Source: an uncultured bacterium
GTDB taxonomy: Bacteria > Krumholzibacteriota > Krumholzibacteriia > Krumholzibacteriales > Krumholzibacteriaceae
Direction: 5' to 3'
Assembly: GCA_963813815.1 (NCBI GenBank)
Contig: CAWFAD010000007.1
Location: forward strand, 256,001-320,000
DNA: 64,000 nucleotides
Positions 32,850-46,013 of the stretch are shown in pieces. Positions within the stretch are counted from its first letter, which is position 1. The number at the start of each line of letters is the position of its first letter. The notes beneath the pieces are model-generated. The model was not told the origin of the DNA. It did no database searches and was given only the letters and a program-made list of their open reading frames with translations. The position numbers were made by a program, and so were the translations under genes.

Positions 32850-34043
32850 ATGGAACCTCTTCGCATTCTCTTTCTCGTGAGCGGGCTCGGCGCCGGCGGC
32901 GCCGAAAACCATCTGCTGAGCCTCGGCCGCTACCTCGCGCGCGCCGGACACGAGCCCTCGGTCTGCACGCTCGACCGCTCCGAAGGCGGGCTCGAGGCGG
33001 CGTTCATCCGCGAGGGGATCCCCCTGTTCCGCCTGCCGCTCGGCTCGCTCGGGCGGCTCGCCGCCCCGCGTTTCGTGTCGGGGCTCCGCCGCGTGCTCGC
33101 GGCGTCGCGCCCCGATGCCGTGCACGGCCATCTCTACCACGCGGAGATCGTCGCCGGGCTGGCGTCGTTTCTCTCGAGCGCCCCCGTTCTGACGACGCGG
33201 CACAGCGCCGGCATCGAATTCCGCGGATCGCGGGCCCTCGTGGCCCGCGCCTTCGCGCGGCGTTTCGCCTCGTGCGTTGCGGTGAGCGATGAGGCGGCCC
33301 GCGAGGCGGTCGAGACGGGTTTTCGGCCCGGCATCGTTCAGGTTCTCCCGAACGCGGTCGATCCCGACCGGTTCCAGCCCGTGCCTTCCCCGGAGCGGCG
33401 CCGACGCCGCGACGCCCTCCTCGCGGCGCTCTTCCCCGGCGCCGACCCAACGGGCGTTCTGCTCGCGGGATCGGTGGGAGGTCTCAGGGAGGTAAAGAAC
33501 TTCCCCCTTCTCGTCCGGGCGGCCGCCCGCCTCGCTCGCGGGAGCGATGGGGGGAAGGTTCCCTCGCTCCGGTTCGTGATTTTCGGCGAGGGCCGGGAAC
33601 GGGGGACGATCGAGGCCGTCGCTCGCGCGCTCGAGATCGAGGACCGGCTCTCCCTTCCGGGCCACCGCGGCGATCTTGCCGAGATCTACCCGTTGCTCGA
33701 CATCTTCGCTCTGCCGTCCTCGCGCGAAGGGGTGCCGCTCGCGCTTCTCGAGGCGATGTCGTCGGGCGTCGCGTGCGTCGCGACGGCGGTCGGGGGCGTG
33801 CCCGGCGTGCTCGCCGAAGCCGGATTGCTCGTCCCGCCGGACGACGAAGGAGCCCTGGCGGCCGCGATTGGGAGCCTTGCGGAGGACGACCGCGCGCGGT
33901 TCGAGCTCGGGCGTTTGGCCCGGGTCCGGGTGCTCGAGCGCTACAGCCTCGAAATCTGGGGCGAGAGAATGCTCGAGATATACCGTGCGGCGGCCGGTCG
34001 CGGGAGGGGCCGCTCCGGCGGCTCCCGCGGGCAAGAAAATTGA
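32850..34043 (+). CDS. Glycosyltransferase family 4
   Basis: GGAE, EGVPLALLEAM, TAVGGVP. Confidence 0.9.
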   Translation: MEPLRILFLVSGLGAGGAENHLLSLGRYLARAGHEPSVCTLDRSEGGLEAAFIREGIPLFRLPLGSLGRLAAPRFVSGLRRVLAASRPDAVHGHLYHAEIVAGLASFLSSAPVLTTRHSAGIEFRGSRALVARAFARRFASCVAVSDEAAREAVETGFRPGIVQVLPNAVDPDRFQPVPSPERRRRRDALLAALFPGADPTGVLLAGSVGGLREVKNFPLLVRAAARLARGSDGGKVPSLRFVIFGEGRERGTIEAVARALEIEDRLSLPGHRGDLAEIYPLLDIFALPSSREGVPLALLEAMSSGVACVATAVGGVPGVLAEAGLLVPPDDEGALAAAIGSLAEDDRARFELGRLARVRVLERYSLEIWGERMLEIYRAAAGRGRGRSGGSRGQEN

Positions 34044-34139
34044 AACCCCGGCCCCCCCTCGTGGATATAATCTCGTAGCATCGGATATGGAGACACATTC
34101 GCCGAGGGAGGTGGGGGACGCGCGACGCGTCCCGAAACC

Positions 34140-35159
34140 ATGATGAACGCAAGAACAGCAGGCGCGATATTCGGAATCGTCCTCGCGGTTTCGGCCCGGG
34201 CCGCAGCCGCGTCCGACACGGTCCTTTCGGGAGACGGCCAGGAGACGATCCTCGTCATCGAAGAGGAATCGGGCGAATCGAAGGCCGACAAGGCGTGGCT
34301 CGGCATCTATTTTGAAACCGTCACCCGCAGAGACGCCGGCAAGGCCGGGTATGAGCGCGAAACGGGGATCGTCGTTTCCATGGTCATACCCGAGAGTCCC
34401 GCCGAACGGGGCGGTCTCAAGGAGGGCGATATCATCTTCTCGTTCGACGGGGTCGTCGTCGAGGACGCCGATCATTTCGGGACCATCGTCAAGGCGCGCC
34501 GGCCCGGCGACGAGATCGTTCTCACGTGTTACCGCAAGGGCGTAGAGAAGAAGATCGAGGTGCGGCTCGGCGGCCAGACCGACCGCAGCCTGCACCTTCA
34601 GGAGCTCGGGCGCTCGGGCGAAGAAGCGCTCAAGTCCTTCGAAAAGGCGCTCGTCTCGGGAAAGGGCCATTCGCTGCATCTCTATCTCATGCGCGGCCGC
34701 ATCGGCGTGCTTCTGCACGATCTCGACGGCGATCTCGGGGGGTATTTCGGCGTCGGGAAAGACGGGGGGGCGCTCGTGATCGAGGTCGAACCGGGAAGCC
34801 CGGCCGAGGAGGCCGGCGTCAAGAGCGGAGACGTGATCGTCGCGGTGGACGGCGATCCGGTCGGGGACGTCTCTGCGGCCACCGAGGCGATATCTTCGAT
34901 CGAGCCGGGAGATACGGTGGCGGTCGACGTCCTCCGCAAGGGAGCGCGAAAGTCCTTGGCCGTCGCGCTCGATCCGGGTTGCGGCAACGCCCCCTTCCGC
35001 GTGCTTCCCCCGGGAGGGGGAACGCTCGATTCGGAGGCCTTGGAGAGGCTCTACCGTCTGCGAAAAGACGATCCGGAAAAGCTCCGCGGGGAGCTCGACA
35101 AGCTCAAGGAGCAGATGCGCGAGCTCGAGGAGCGTCTGAAGACGCGGGAAACGAAGTAA
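34140..35159 (+). CDS. Secreted tandem-PDZ protein with C-terminal coiled coil, no protease domain
   Basis: WLGI...SPAERGGLKEGDII and RIGV...SPAEEAGVKSGDVI. Confidence 0.85.
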   Translation: MMNARTAGAIFGIVLAVSARAAAASDTVLSGDGQETILVIEEESGESKADKAWLGIYFETVTRRDAGKAGYERETGIVVSMVIPESPAERGGLKEGDIIFSFDGVVVEDADHFGTIVKARRPGDEIVLTCYRKGVEKKIEVRLGGQTDRSLHLQELGRSGEEALKSFEKALVSGKGHSLHLYLMRGRIGVLLHDLDGDLGGYFGVGKDGGALVIEVEPGSPAEEAGVKSGDVIVAVDGDPVGDVSAATEAISSIEPGDTVAVDVLRKGARKSLAVALDPGCGNAPFRVLPPGGGTLDSEALERLYRLRKDDPEKLRGELDKLKEQMRELEERLKTRETK

Positions 35160-35210
35160 CGGCTCCGCCGCCCCGCTCTTTCGCCGCACGCCGCATGCCA
35201 TCCAAATCCT

Positions 35211-35239
35211 TTGACAGCAGGCGAAAAGTGTTCTATGTT
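35211..35239 (+). promoter_or_regulatory. sigma70 promoter
   Basis: TTGACA-17-TATGTT. Confidence 0.6.
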
Positions 35240-35317
35240 TTGTAATTCGATCCCTCCGGGGAAACGCGTTTTCCCTTGCAATGCGGGGTAGGCGGTCAGA
35301 GCGAAGGATGGTGCACG

Positions 35318-36076
35318 ATGACCGATAATCAGCCGATGCAAGCCGGGCCGGCGGCCGGCGGAGCCGCGCCGACGGGCGGATTCGCGCGTTCCCTGTTCGA
35401 GATATTCACCGACCCTCCGAAGGTCTTCGCGCGCATCGACGCGGGGCTCTCCTGGTGGAAGCCCTTTGTCGCCGCGTGCGCGGTCATCGTCGTGCTCCAG
35501 TTGACCGTTGCGAAGGTGTTCGGCACGAAGCTGTTGGAATTGAGCCTCCGTGCGCGAAACATCAAGCCCGAAGATATGGAACGAATGCTGGCCGATACCG
35601 AAAAGTACCACGCGATCGGGATCGCCACGGCCCCCATCGTGCCGGTCCTCGCGGTGCTCCTCACGGGCCTCATCGTCGCCCTTCTCGCGCATATCGTCAT
35701 CAACATCATGACGTCGCGCGCCAGCTACAAGAAAACCCTTTCGCTCATTTTTTTCTGCGGCCTCATACCGATGATGGAACAGATAATCGTGACGGCAATC
35801 ATTCTCGCCCGGGGTATCGAGGGCGTCGAATCGATGTCCGATCTCATGATGAGCATAGGTCCCGCGGCGCTCGTGCCGAGCGCAGGAACGGCCCTCATGG
35901 CGTTTCTCCAGAGCATCAGTATCTTCCAGATCTGGAGCTATGCGGTGTTCGTGCTCGGCGTGGGGGCCATTTTCAAGCTCTCGGCGAAGAAGGCCGTGTG
36001 GTCGGTCCTGCCCGTATGGCTCGTGCACTTCATCGTCGTGCTGCTCAGCTTGAAGCTGGGCGGCGGGATGGGCTGA
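35318..36076 (+). CDS. Yip1 family membrane protein
   Basis: IFTDPPKVFARI...WWKP; about five TMs. Confidence 0.8.
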   Translation: MTDNQPMQAGPAAGGAAPTGGFARSLFEIFTDPPKVFARIDAGLSWWKPFVAACAVIVVLQLTVAKVFGTKLLELSLRARNIKPEDMERMLADTEKYHAIGIATAPIVPVLAVLLTGLIVALLAHIVINIMTSRASYKKTLSLIFFCGLIPMMEQIIVTAIILARGIEGVESMSDLMMSIGPAALVPSAGTALMAFLQSISIFQIWSYAVFVLGVGAIFKLSAKKAVWSVLPVWLVHFIVVLLSLKLGGGMG

Positions 36077-36107
36077 TCATCCGCGGCGGGTATCAGAGGA
36101 GGTAGTG

Positions 36108-38195
36108 TTGAAGAAGTACGGTATCGACAAACTGCGCAACGTGATCCTCGTCGGCCACCAAGCGTCGGGCAAGACGACGCTCGCCGAGGCGGTTCTCTTC
36201 AATGCGGGCGTTATGAGCCGCATGGGGCGCGTCGAGGACGGAAATACGGTCATGGATTCCTCCCCCGAAGAGATCGCAAAGGTCATATCGATCGACTCCG
36301 GCGTCGCCTTCTGCGAAATCGCGAAGACGAAGGTCACGATCATCGATACCCCCGGTTACGAGGACTTCGTTGGGCAGACCCTGTCCGCGCTTCCCGTCGT
36401 CGAGGGAGCCGTCGTCGTCGTGAGCGGCGAAGCGGGAGTCGAGGCCGGCACCGTCAAAACGTGGAAGTATCTCGACCGATACGGCCTCCCGCGCATCGTC
36501 TGCATCAATAAAATGGACAAGGATCACGCGAACTTCGAGAAGGCGCTCGAGAGCGCCCAGGCGGAGCTCGGGGCGAAGGTCATGCCGCTCGAGATCCCGA
36601 TCGGCGCGGGGGATTCGTTCAAGGGCGTCATCGACATCCTCAGGAAGAAGGCGTATCTCTACTCGGGCGACGGGAAATTCACGGAGACGGACGTGCCGGC
36701 CGAGCTCAAGGACAGCGCGGACGAGTGGTTGCAGAAGCTCGTCGATTTCGCAGCCGAGACGGACGACTCGCTTCTCGAGAAATTTCTCGGCGGCGGCGAG
36801 CTGAGCGACGAGGAGCTTCACAAGGGGCTCGCCGACGGCTGCGTCGCCGGCACCCTCGTGCCGCTCTACGTCGCGTCCTCGTCGAAGAACGTCGGCGTGC
36901 ACCAGCTCATGGACGCGATCGTGTCGATGCTGCCCTCTCCGAAATGGCGCGCCGATATGGACGTTCTCTCGGCCGGCGCCCGGGCGCCGAAAAAGATCAA
37001 AACCGGCCCGGACGCCCCCGTCGCAGCCTACGTTTTCAAGTACCTTTCCGAAAAAGGTGTGGGTGATCTCTGCTTCTTCCGCGTGTTCAGCGGTGAAATG
37101 ACGGTCGGCGCCGACCTCTACGACGCGACGGCGGAAGCGGCCGAGCGCACGGGCCAGCTCTACCACGTTCAGGGCAAGAACCGGATCGACGCCCCCTCGG
37201 TGGAAGCCGGGGATATCGGCGCCGCCGTCAAGCTCAAGGCGGCGCGCGTCAATCACACGCTCTGCGACAAGGCGCTCAGCATCGTGCTGCCCGGCATTCC
37301 CTATCCGGAGCCGATGCTCGCCACGGCGATCAGCGCGAAGGTGAAGGGGGAGGAGGAGAAGATCTCCACGGGGCTCGCCAAGATCAAGGAAGAGGATCCG
37401 ACCTTCAAGCTCGATCTCGACGCCGAGCTGAGACAGATGGTTCTCTCGGGACAAGGAGAGCTCCATCTCGACGTGCTCCTCACCCGGCTCAAGAGGAAGA
37501 ACTCGGTCGAGGTCGAGATGCACCAGCCGAAGATCCCCTACCGGGAGACGATCACGGCCAAGGCCGAGGCGCAGGGCAGGTACAAACGCCAGAGCGGCGG
37601 CCGCGGCCAGTACGGCGACTGCTGGCTCCGTCTCGAGCCGCTCCCGCGCGGCGGCGGATTCGAATTCGTCGACGAGATCGTCGGCGGGGTCGTGCCGGGA
37701 AAGTACATCCCGGCGGTGCAGAAGGGCGTGGAGCAGACGATGATCGACGGGGTGCTCGCCGGGTACCGCTTCATGGACGTCAGTGTGGCGATCTTCGACG
37801 GATCGTACCACGCCGTCGACTCCTCCGACAACGCGTTCAAGGTGGCCGGCTCTCTCGGCTTCAAGGCCGCGGCGCTCAAGGCGAAGCCGGTCATTCTCGA
37901 GCCGATCATGAACGTCGAGGTGCTCGTTCCCGGCGACTTCATGGGAGACGTCATGGGGGATCTTTCGGCGCGTCGCGGCAAGATTCTCGGCATGGAGCAG
38001 GAGGAGGCGCTGCAGAAGATCAAGGCGCAGGTGCCGATCGCGGAGCTCCACCGCTATTCGACGTCGCTCCGCTCGATGACGCAGGGACGGGGATCGTTCC
38101 GCCAGGCGTTTTCGCACTACGAGGAAGTGCCGCACGATGTGGCCCAGAAACTCATCGCGGCGGCCGAGGCCACGAAGAGCGGCGAGGAAGAGTAA
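36108..38195 (+). CDS. fusA2: Elongation factor G paralog (EF-G2 type)
   Basis: GHQASGKTT, DTPGY, NKMD, GELHL, QSGGRGQYG, LRSMTQGRG; lacks RGITI; not in the str operon; start 36105 or 36108. Confidence 0.9.
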   Translation: MKKYGIDKLRNVILVGHQASGKTTLAEAVLFNAGVMSRMGRVEDGNTVMDSSPEEIAKVISIDSGVAFCEIAKTKVTIIDTPGYEDFVGQTLSALPVVEGAVVVVSGEAGVEAGTVKTWKYLDRYGLPRIVCINKMDKDHANFEKALESAQAELGAKVMPLEIPIGAGDSFKGVIDILRKKAYLYSGDGKFTETDVPAELKDSADEWLQKLVDFAAETDDSLLEKFLGGGELSDEELHKGLADGCVAGTLVPLYVASSSKNVGVHQLMDAIVSMLPSPKWRADMDVLSAGARAPKKIKTGPDAPVAAYVFKYLSEKGVGDLCFFRVFSGEMTVGADLYDATAEAAERTGQLYHVQGKNRIDAPSVEAGDIGAAVKLKAARVNHTLCDKALSIVLPGIPYPEPMLATAISAKVKGEEEKISTGLAKIKEEDPTFKLDLDAELRQMVLSGQGELHLDVLLTRLKRKNSVEVEMHQPKIPYRETITAKAEAQGRYKRQSGGRGQYGDCWLRLEPLPRGGGFEFVDEIVGGVVPGKYIPAVQKGVEQTMIDGVLAGYRFMDVSVAIFDGSYHAVDSSDNAFKVAGSLGFKAAALKAKPVILEPIMNVEVLVPGDFMGDVMGDLSARRGKILGMEQEEALQKIKAQVPIAELHRYSTSLRSMTQGRGSFRQAFSHYEEVPHDVAQKLIAAAEATKSGEEE

Positions 38196-38216
38196 ACCGT
38201 ATCGAGGAGGCATGGC

Positions 38217-38978
38217 GTGTCAGGGCATTCAAAATGGGCGACCATAAAGCGGCAGAAGGCCAAAGTCGATGCCCAGCGCGGGAAAACGTTCACGAAGCTG
38301 ATCCGGGAGCTCGTCACCGCGGCGCGCGAGGGAGGCGGCGATTCGGGGAGCAACATACGTCTCCGCACCGCCATACAGACCGCCCGCGACAGCAACATGC
38401 CCAAGGAGAATATCGACCGCGCTGTGAAGCGCGGGACCGGTGAGCTCCCCGGCGTGAGCTACGAGTCGGCCACGTTCGAGGGGTATGCCGCGGGTGGCGT
38501 AGCGATGCTCGTCAACACGCTCACCGACAACCGCAACCGCACGAGCGCGGAGATTCGACATCTCTTTACGCGCCACGGCGGGCATCTCGGCGAGCCGGGA
38601 TCGGTGTCCTACATGTTCGAGAAGAAGGGCATCATCGTCATCGAGGCGTCGCATGCGAGCGAGGACCGCGTGTTCGAGCTGGCGCTCGAGAGCGGGGCGG
38701 ACGACGTCCGCGCCGAGGGCGGGCAGTTCGAGATCGTTTGTCCTCCCGACCGGTTCGAGGCCATCCGGACGACGTTCGCGAACGAGAAGATCCCGTGCCA
38801 GCTCGCGGAAATTTCGCTCTATCCGAAGACCACGATACGGCTCGAGCGCGACGGGGCCGTGAAGGTGCTCAAGCTCGTCAACGAGCTCGAGGATCTCGAC
38901 GACGTGCAGAACGTCGCGGCGAACTTCGACATTCCCGAGGATATCCTGAAGACGATCGAGGGAGAAGTCGGCTCGTAA
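38217..38978 (+). CDS. yebC: YebC/PmpR family protein
   Basis: MSGHSKWATIKR, LTDNRNRT, DDVQNV. Confidence 0.95.
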   Translation: MSGHSKWATIKRQKAKVDAQRGKTFTKLIRELVTAAREGGGDSGSNIRLRTAIQTARDSNMPKENIDRAVKRGTGELPGVSYESATFEGYAAGGVAMLVNTLTDNRNRTSAEIRHLFTRHGGHLGEPGSVSYMFEKKGIIVIEASHASEDRVFELALESGADDVRAEGGQFEIVCPPDRFEAIRTTFANEKIPCQLAEISLYPKTTIRLERDGAVKVLKLVNELEDLDDVQNVAANFDIPEDILKTIEGEVGS

Positions 38979-38995
38979 CGGAACCCGCAGGAGTG

Positions 38996-39529
38996 ATGCG
39001 CGTGTCTCTCGTCATCGGAGTCGATCCGGGAAGCCGCATCACGGGCTGGGGGCTCGTCGAGCGGCGCGACCGCGAGATCGTGTACGTCGGCTCGGGCATC
39101 ATCAGACCGCCGGGGCGGTCCGCCGTGCCGGAGCGGCTCCTCGCGATCAAGCGGGGTCTCACGGAGGTCATCGCCCGATTTCATCCGGAGGTTCTCGCCG
39201 TCGAGGACGTGTTCATGGCGAAGAACCCGAAGAGCACGGTGACCCTGGGGGAGGCGCGCGGGATCGTGCTCCTCGCCGCGGCCGAGGCGGAGATTCCGGT
39301 CTTCGAATACTCCACGCGAGAGGTTAAAATGAGCGTCGTCGGCGCCGGCGGCGCGCACAAGAGTCAGGTGGCCGCGATGGTGGGAAAACTTCTGCGGATC
39401 GACCGCGAGCCCGAGACCGAGGACGAGACGGACGCCATCGCCGTGGCGTTCTGCCACGCGGCCCGGTCGGCGGCGGACGAGCGGATGGCCGCGTGCCGGC
39501 GCGGGGCGCCCGGAGGAGTGAAGCGATGA
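38996..39529 (+). CDS. ruvC: Holliday junction resolvase
   Basis: GVDPG, VEDVF, DETDAIAVA. Confidence 0.93.
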   Translation: MRVSLVIGVDPGSRITGWGLVERRDREIVYVGSGIIRPPGRSAVPERLLAIKRGLTEVIARFHPEVLAVEDVFMAKNPKSTVTLGEARGIVLLAAAEAEIPVFEYSTREVKMSVVGAGGAHKSQVAAMVGKLLRIDREPETEDETDAIAVAFCHAARSAADERMAACRRGAPGGVKR

Positions 39530-40122
39530 TCGCCTCAGTCGAGGGTATCCTCCGGGAGCGCGAGGGAAACCGCATCGTCGTCGAGGTCGGCGGCGTGGGG
39601 CTCGAGCTCCTCGTGCCCGCGCGCGCCGCCGATTCGCTCGGAGCGGAGGGAGCGCGCGTGAGGCTCCATACGTACCTGCACGTTCGCGAGGACGTGCTCG
39701 CGCTCTACGGCTTTGCGGAGGAGTCCGAGCGGCGGCTCTTCCGGACGCTGCTCGCCGTGAGCGGCGTGGGTCCCAAGCTCGCGCTCGCCGTCCTTTCGAC
39801 GATGGACGCCGGAGAGCTCGCCCGCGTCATCACCGGGGAGCAGACGAAAACGCTGCAAACGATCCCGGGCGTCGGCAAGAAAACGGCCGAGCGGATCGTG
39901 CTCGAGCTCAAGGACAAGATCGAAGTCGAGCGCTACGCGAGCGCGGCCGCTCCGGGAACGCTCGTTCCGCGGGGGCACTTCGAGGAAGCGGTGACGGCGC
40001 TCGAATCGATCGGACTCTCGCGCTCGAGCGCCCTCAAGGCCCTCGAGGCCGTCGACGTCGCTCGTCTCGGCGAGCGATACGGCGTCGGAGATCTCGTCCG
40101 CGCCGCGCTCAAGAATCTGTAG
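39526..40122 (+). CDS. ruvA: Holliday junction branch migration protein
   Basis: [26 protein letters not shown]. Confidence 0.95.
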   Translation: MIASVEGILREREGNRIVVEVGGVGLELLVPARAADSLGAEGARVRLHTYLHVREDVLALYGFAEESERRLFRTLLAVSGVGPKLALAVLSTMDAGELARVITGEQTKTLQTIPGVGKKTAERIVLELKDKIEVERYASAAAPGTLVPRGHFEEAVTALESIGLSRSSALKALEAVDVARLGERYGVGDLVRAALKNL

Positions 40123-40150
40123 CGCTCCGGGAAACGGGGAGGTCGCATCC

Positions 40151-43439
<3,289 letters not shown>

Positions 43440-43448
43440 GGAGGAACG

Positions 43449-43769
43449 ATGAATCCGTTTTTCGCGTTCAGCAACAATCCCCAGTCGGGCGGGGGAAGTC
43501 CCAATCTCCTCGTGAGCTTCATTCCGATTCTCCTCATTTTCATCATCTTTTATCTGCTCCTCATCCTGCCGCAGCAGAAGAAGCAGAAGCAGCATCGGAG
43601 CATGTTGAGCGCGCTCCGCAAAGGCGACCGCGTGGTGACGAACGCGGGCATCTACGGAACCGTTCACGACGTGAAGGATCACATGATCGTCCTCAAGATC
43701 GCCGAGGAAGTGAAGATCGAGATCGTCAAGAACGCCGTCGCCGCCGTCGTCGAGAAGCGGGAGGAGTGA
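43449..43769 (+). CDS. yajC: Preprotein translocase subunit YajC
   Basis: TM, PQQKK, LRKGDRVVT.GIYG. Confidence 0.95.
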   Translation: MNPFFAFSNNPQSGGGSPNLLVSFIPILLIFIIFYLLLILPQQKKQKQHRSMLSALRKGDRVVTNAGIYGTVHDVKDHMIVLKIAEEVKIEIVKNAVAAVVEKREE

Positions 43770-43803
43770 CGCTCGCCGGCGCGGGCGTGGAGGAGCGTAC
43801 GGA

Positions 43804-44319
43804 ATGGCGAAACGCCTCGAGATGCGCACCTACGGGGCCAAGGTCCTTCGCGCGAGGGGCGAGGCGATCCCTTCAGTCGGCAAAGAGCTCTCGCCGCTCT
43901 TCGCGGACATGGTCGAAACGATGTACGCCGAAGGGGGCGTCGGGCTGGCGGCCCCCCAGATCGGCGTCTCCCGCCAGATTGCCGTCATCAATCCCGAGCC
44001 GGGAAACGACGCGACCCTGCTCAAGATGGTGAACCCCCGCATCGTCGCCTCCTCCGATGAGCTCGAAACGATCGAGGAGGGCTGTCTGAGCGTTCCCGGC
44101 ATCCGCGGCGAGGTGGCGCGGCACGCCTGGGTCGAGGTCGTCTATCGGGACGAGAAGGGGGTGGAACGAAGCCTCAGGGCCGAGGGTCTCCTCGCGCGAA
44201 TCGTTCAACACGAGCTCGATCATCTGAACGGCGTCCTCTTCATCGACCGCCTTTCACTCGCCAAGCGCGCTCTCATCAAACCGAAGCTGAGAAAACTCGC
44301 CGGCGGCAAGGAGAAATAG
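43804..44319 (+). CDS. def: Peptide deformylase
   Basis: GVGLAAPQ, EGCLS, QHELDH. Confidence 0.97.
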   Translation: MAKRLEMRTYGAKVLRARGEAIPSVGKELSPLFADMVETMYAEGGVGLAAPQIGVSRQIAVINPEPGNDATLLKMVNPRIVASSDELETIEEGCLSVPGIRGEVARHAWVEVVYRDEKGVERSLRAEGLLARIVQHELDHLNGVLFIDRLSLAKRALIKPKLRKLAGGKEK

Positions 44320-44320
44320 C

Positions 44321-45271
44321 ATGGAGCGCGTGGTGTTCTTCGGCTCTCCCGCCTTCGCCTTGCCGTCCCTCGAGGCGCTCATCGAGAGCGAGTTCAAGCC
44401 GGCGCTCGTCGTCACCCGTCCCGACCGGCCGGCCGGGCGGGGTAGAAAGCTCGTTTCCACCCCCGTTCGCGAGCTCGCGGCCCGGCGCGGCATCCCCGTC
44501 ATGACGCTCGAGAGGTTCCGGGACGGCGATGCCGTCGAATCCCTTCGGAAGCTCGCCCCCGATTTCTTCGTCGTCGTGTCGTTCGGGAAGATCTTTCCGG
44601 ACGACGTCCTCGCGATCCCTCGCAAGGGGTGCGTCAATCTCCATGCGTCGCTCCTTCCCGCGTACCGCGGCGCGAGCCCCATACAGGCCGCGATCGTGAA
44701 CGGCGACGCCGTGACGGGCGTCACGACGATGGAGATGGCGGCCGAGCTCGACGCGGGGCCCATCTATCTCCGGAAGGAAACGCCCGTCGACCCGGACGAA
44801 ACCGCCGGGGAGCTCAGCGAGCGGCTCGCGCGTCTCGGCGCGCCGGTGCTGCTCGAGACGCTCCGGCTCGTTTCGCGCGGGGAGCTTCGGCCCTCGCCCC
44901 AGCCCGCCGAGGGGATCTCGAAGGTTCCGGTGCTCCGCAAGCGCGACGGCCTCGTTCCGTGGGAGCTCGAGGCGCGCCGGGTGCACGACCATATCCGCGG
45001 CATGAATCCGTGGCCGGGAAGCTTCACGTACCATCGATCCGCCTGCCTTAAGGTGCGCCGCGCCGCGCTCGCCCGGGGCGAGGAGCGCTCTCGTCCCGGG
45101 GGTACCATTCTCGAGGCGAAAGGTGATATCATACTGGTCGCCTGCGGCACCGGAGCGGTGAGGATTCTCGAGCTCCAGGCCGAAGGCAGGAAGGCGCTCG
45201 GAGCCGCGGAGTTTCTCCGGGGCTTCGCGCTCGAGCAAGGAGAGACCCTTGGAGGAAACGCCGAATCATAA
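44321..45271 (+). CDS. fmt: Methionyl-tRNA formyltransferase
   Basis: NLHASLLP.YRGASP, LDAG. Confidence 0.97.
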   Translation: MERVVFFGSPAFALPSLEALIESEFKPALVVTRPDRPAGRGRKLVSTPVRELAARRGIPVMTLERFRDGDAVESLRKLAPDFFVVVSFGKIFPDDVLAIPRKGCVNLHASLLPAYRGASPIQAAIVNGDAVTGVTTMEMAAELDAGPIYLRKETPVDPDETAGELSERLARLGAPVLLETLRLVSRGELRPSPQPAEGISKVPVLRKRDGLVPWELEARRVHDHIRGMNPWPGSFTYHRSACLKVRRAALARGEERSRPGGTILEAKGDIILVACGTGAVRILELQAEGRKALGAAEFLRGFALEQGETLGGNAES

Positions 45272-46013
45272 TCCGCCCGCGAGGCGGGAGTACCCGGCGA
45301 TCGTCAAATACCTGCTGCTCATCGCGGGAGCGTTCATCCTCGGCATCCTCATCTTCGATCTCGTGATCATGCCGGGGATCACCGGCAAGCGCGACGTCGC
45401 CGTCGCGCCGTCGGTCGAGGGAATGAGCCTCAAACAGGCGGAGGCGGTCTGCCGCAGGCAGCGGTTCGATCTCGTCGTCGCCGGCCGGCGGAACTCGGAC
45501 GAGGTGCCGGTCGATTTCATCGTGGTCCAGACGCCGCGGCAGGGAACGAGCCTCAAACACGGCCGCGCGATCAAGGTCGTCGTGAGCGACGGCGAGAGGA
45601 TGGAGACGGTGCCCGAGCTTTCCGGCAAGACGACGCGCGAGGCCGAGCTCGCCCTCGAAAGCGCCGCCCTCGCCCGCGGGCGAACGGTCCGCGTCTTCGC
45701 GCCGGGCGAGGGGCAGCCGTCGGTCGCCGCCACGAGCCCGGCGGCGGGCGAGCGCGTGCCGCGCGGCTCGACCATCGATCTCCTCGTCGCCATGCGCGGC
45801 GAGCCGCGATCGTACCTCATGCCGGATCTCGTCGGGAGGGATTTCCCGTTCGCCAAGCTGCGGCTCGAGCAGCTCGGCTTCAGCGTGTCGCACCGCGTGA
45901 CGAGGGACTCGGGGGGAGAGTTTCCGAACGCGATCGTCGCGCAGACCCCCCGGGCGGGAACGAGGATACAGGAGGGAGAGACCATTGAGCTCGTTGTTTC
46001 GGCGTCTGATTGA
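45249..46013 (+). CDS. Single-TM protein with three PASTA domains
   Basis: PSVEGMS, VPELSGKT and MPDLVGRD repeats; TTG start uncertain. Confidence 0.85.
   Translation: MEETPNHNPPARREYPAIVKYLLLIAGAFILGILIFDLVIMPGITGKRDVAVAPSVEGMSLKQAEAVCRRQRFDLVVAGRRNSDEVPVDFIVVQTPRQGTSLKHGRAIKVVVSDGERMETVPELSGKTTREAELALESAALARGRTVRVFAPGEGQPSVAATSPAAGERVPRGSTIDLLVAMRGEPRSYLMPDLVGRDFPFAKLRLEQLGFSVSHRVTRDSGGEFPNAIVAQTPRAGTRIQEGETIELVVSASD

Noticed and set aside
34040..34071. TTGAAA...TATAAT promoter
   Set aside because: The spacer is 20 bp; the -10 may be real but the pairing is not supportable.
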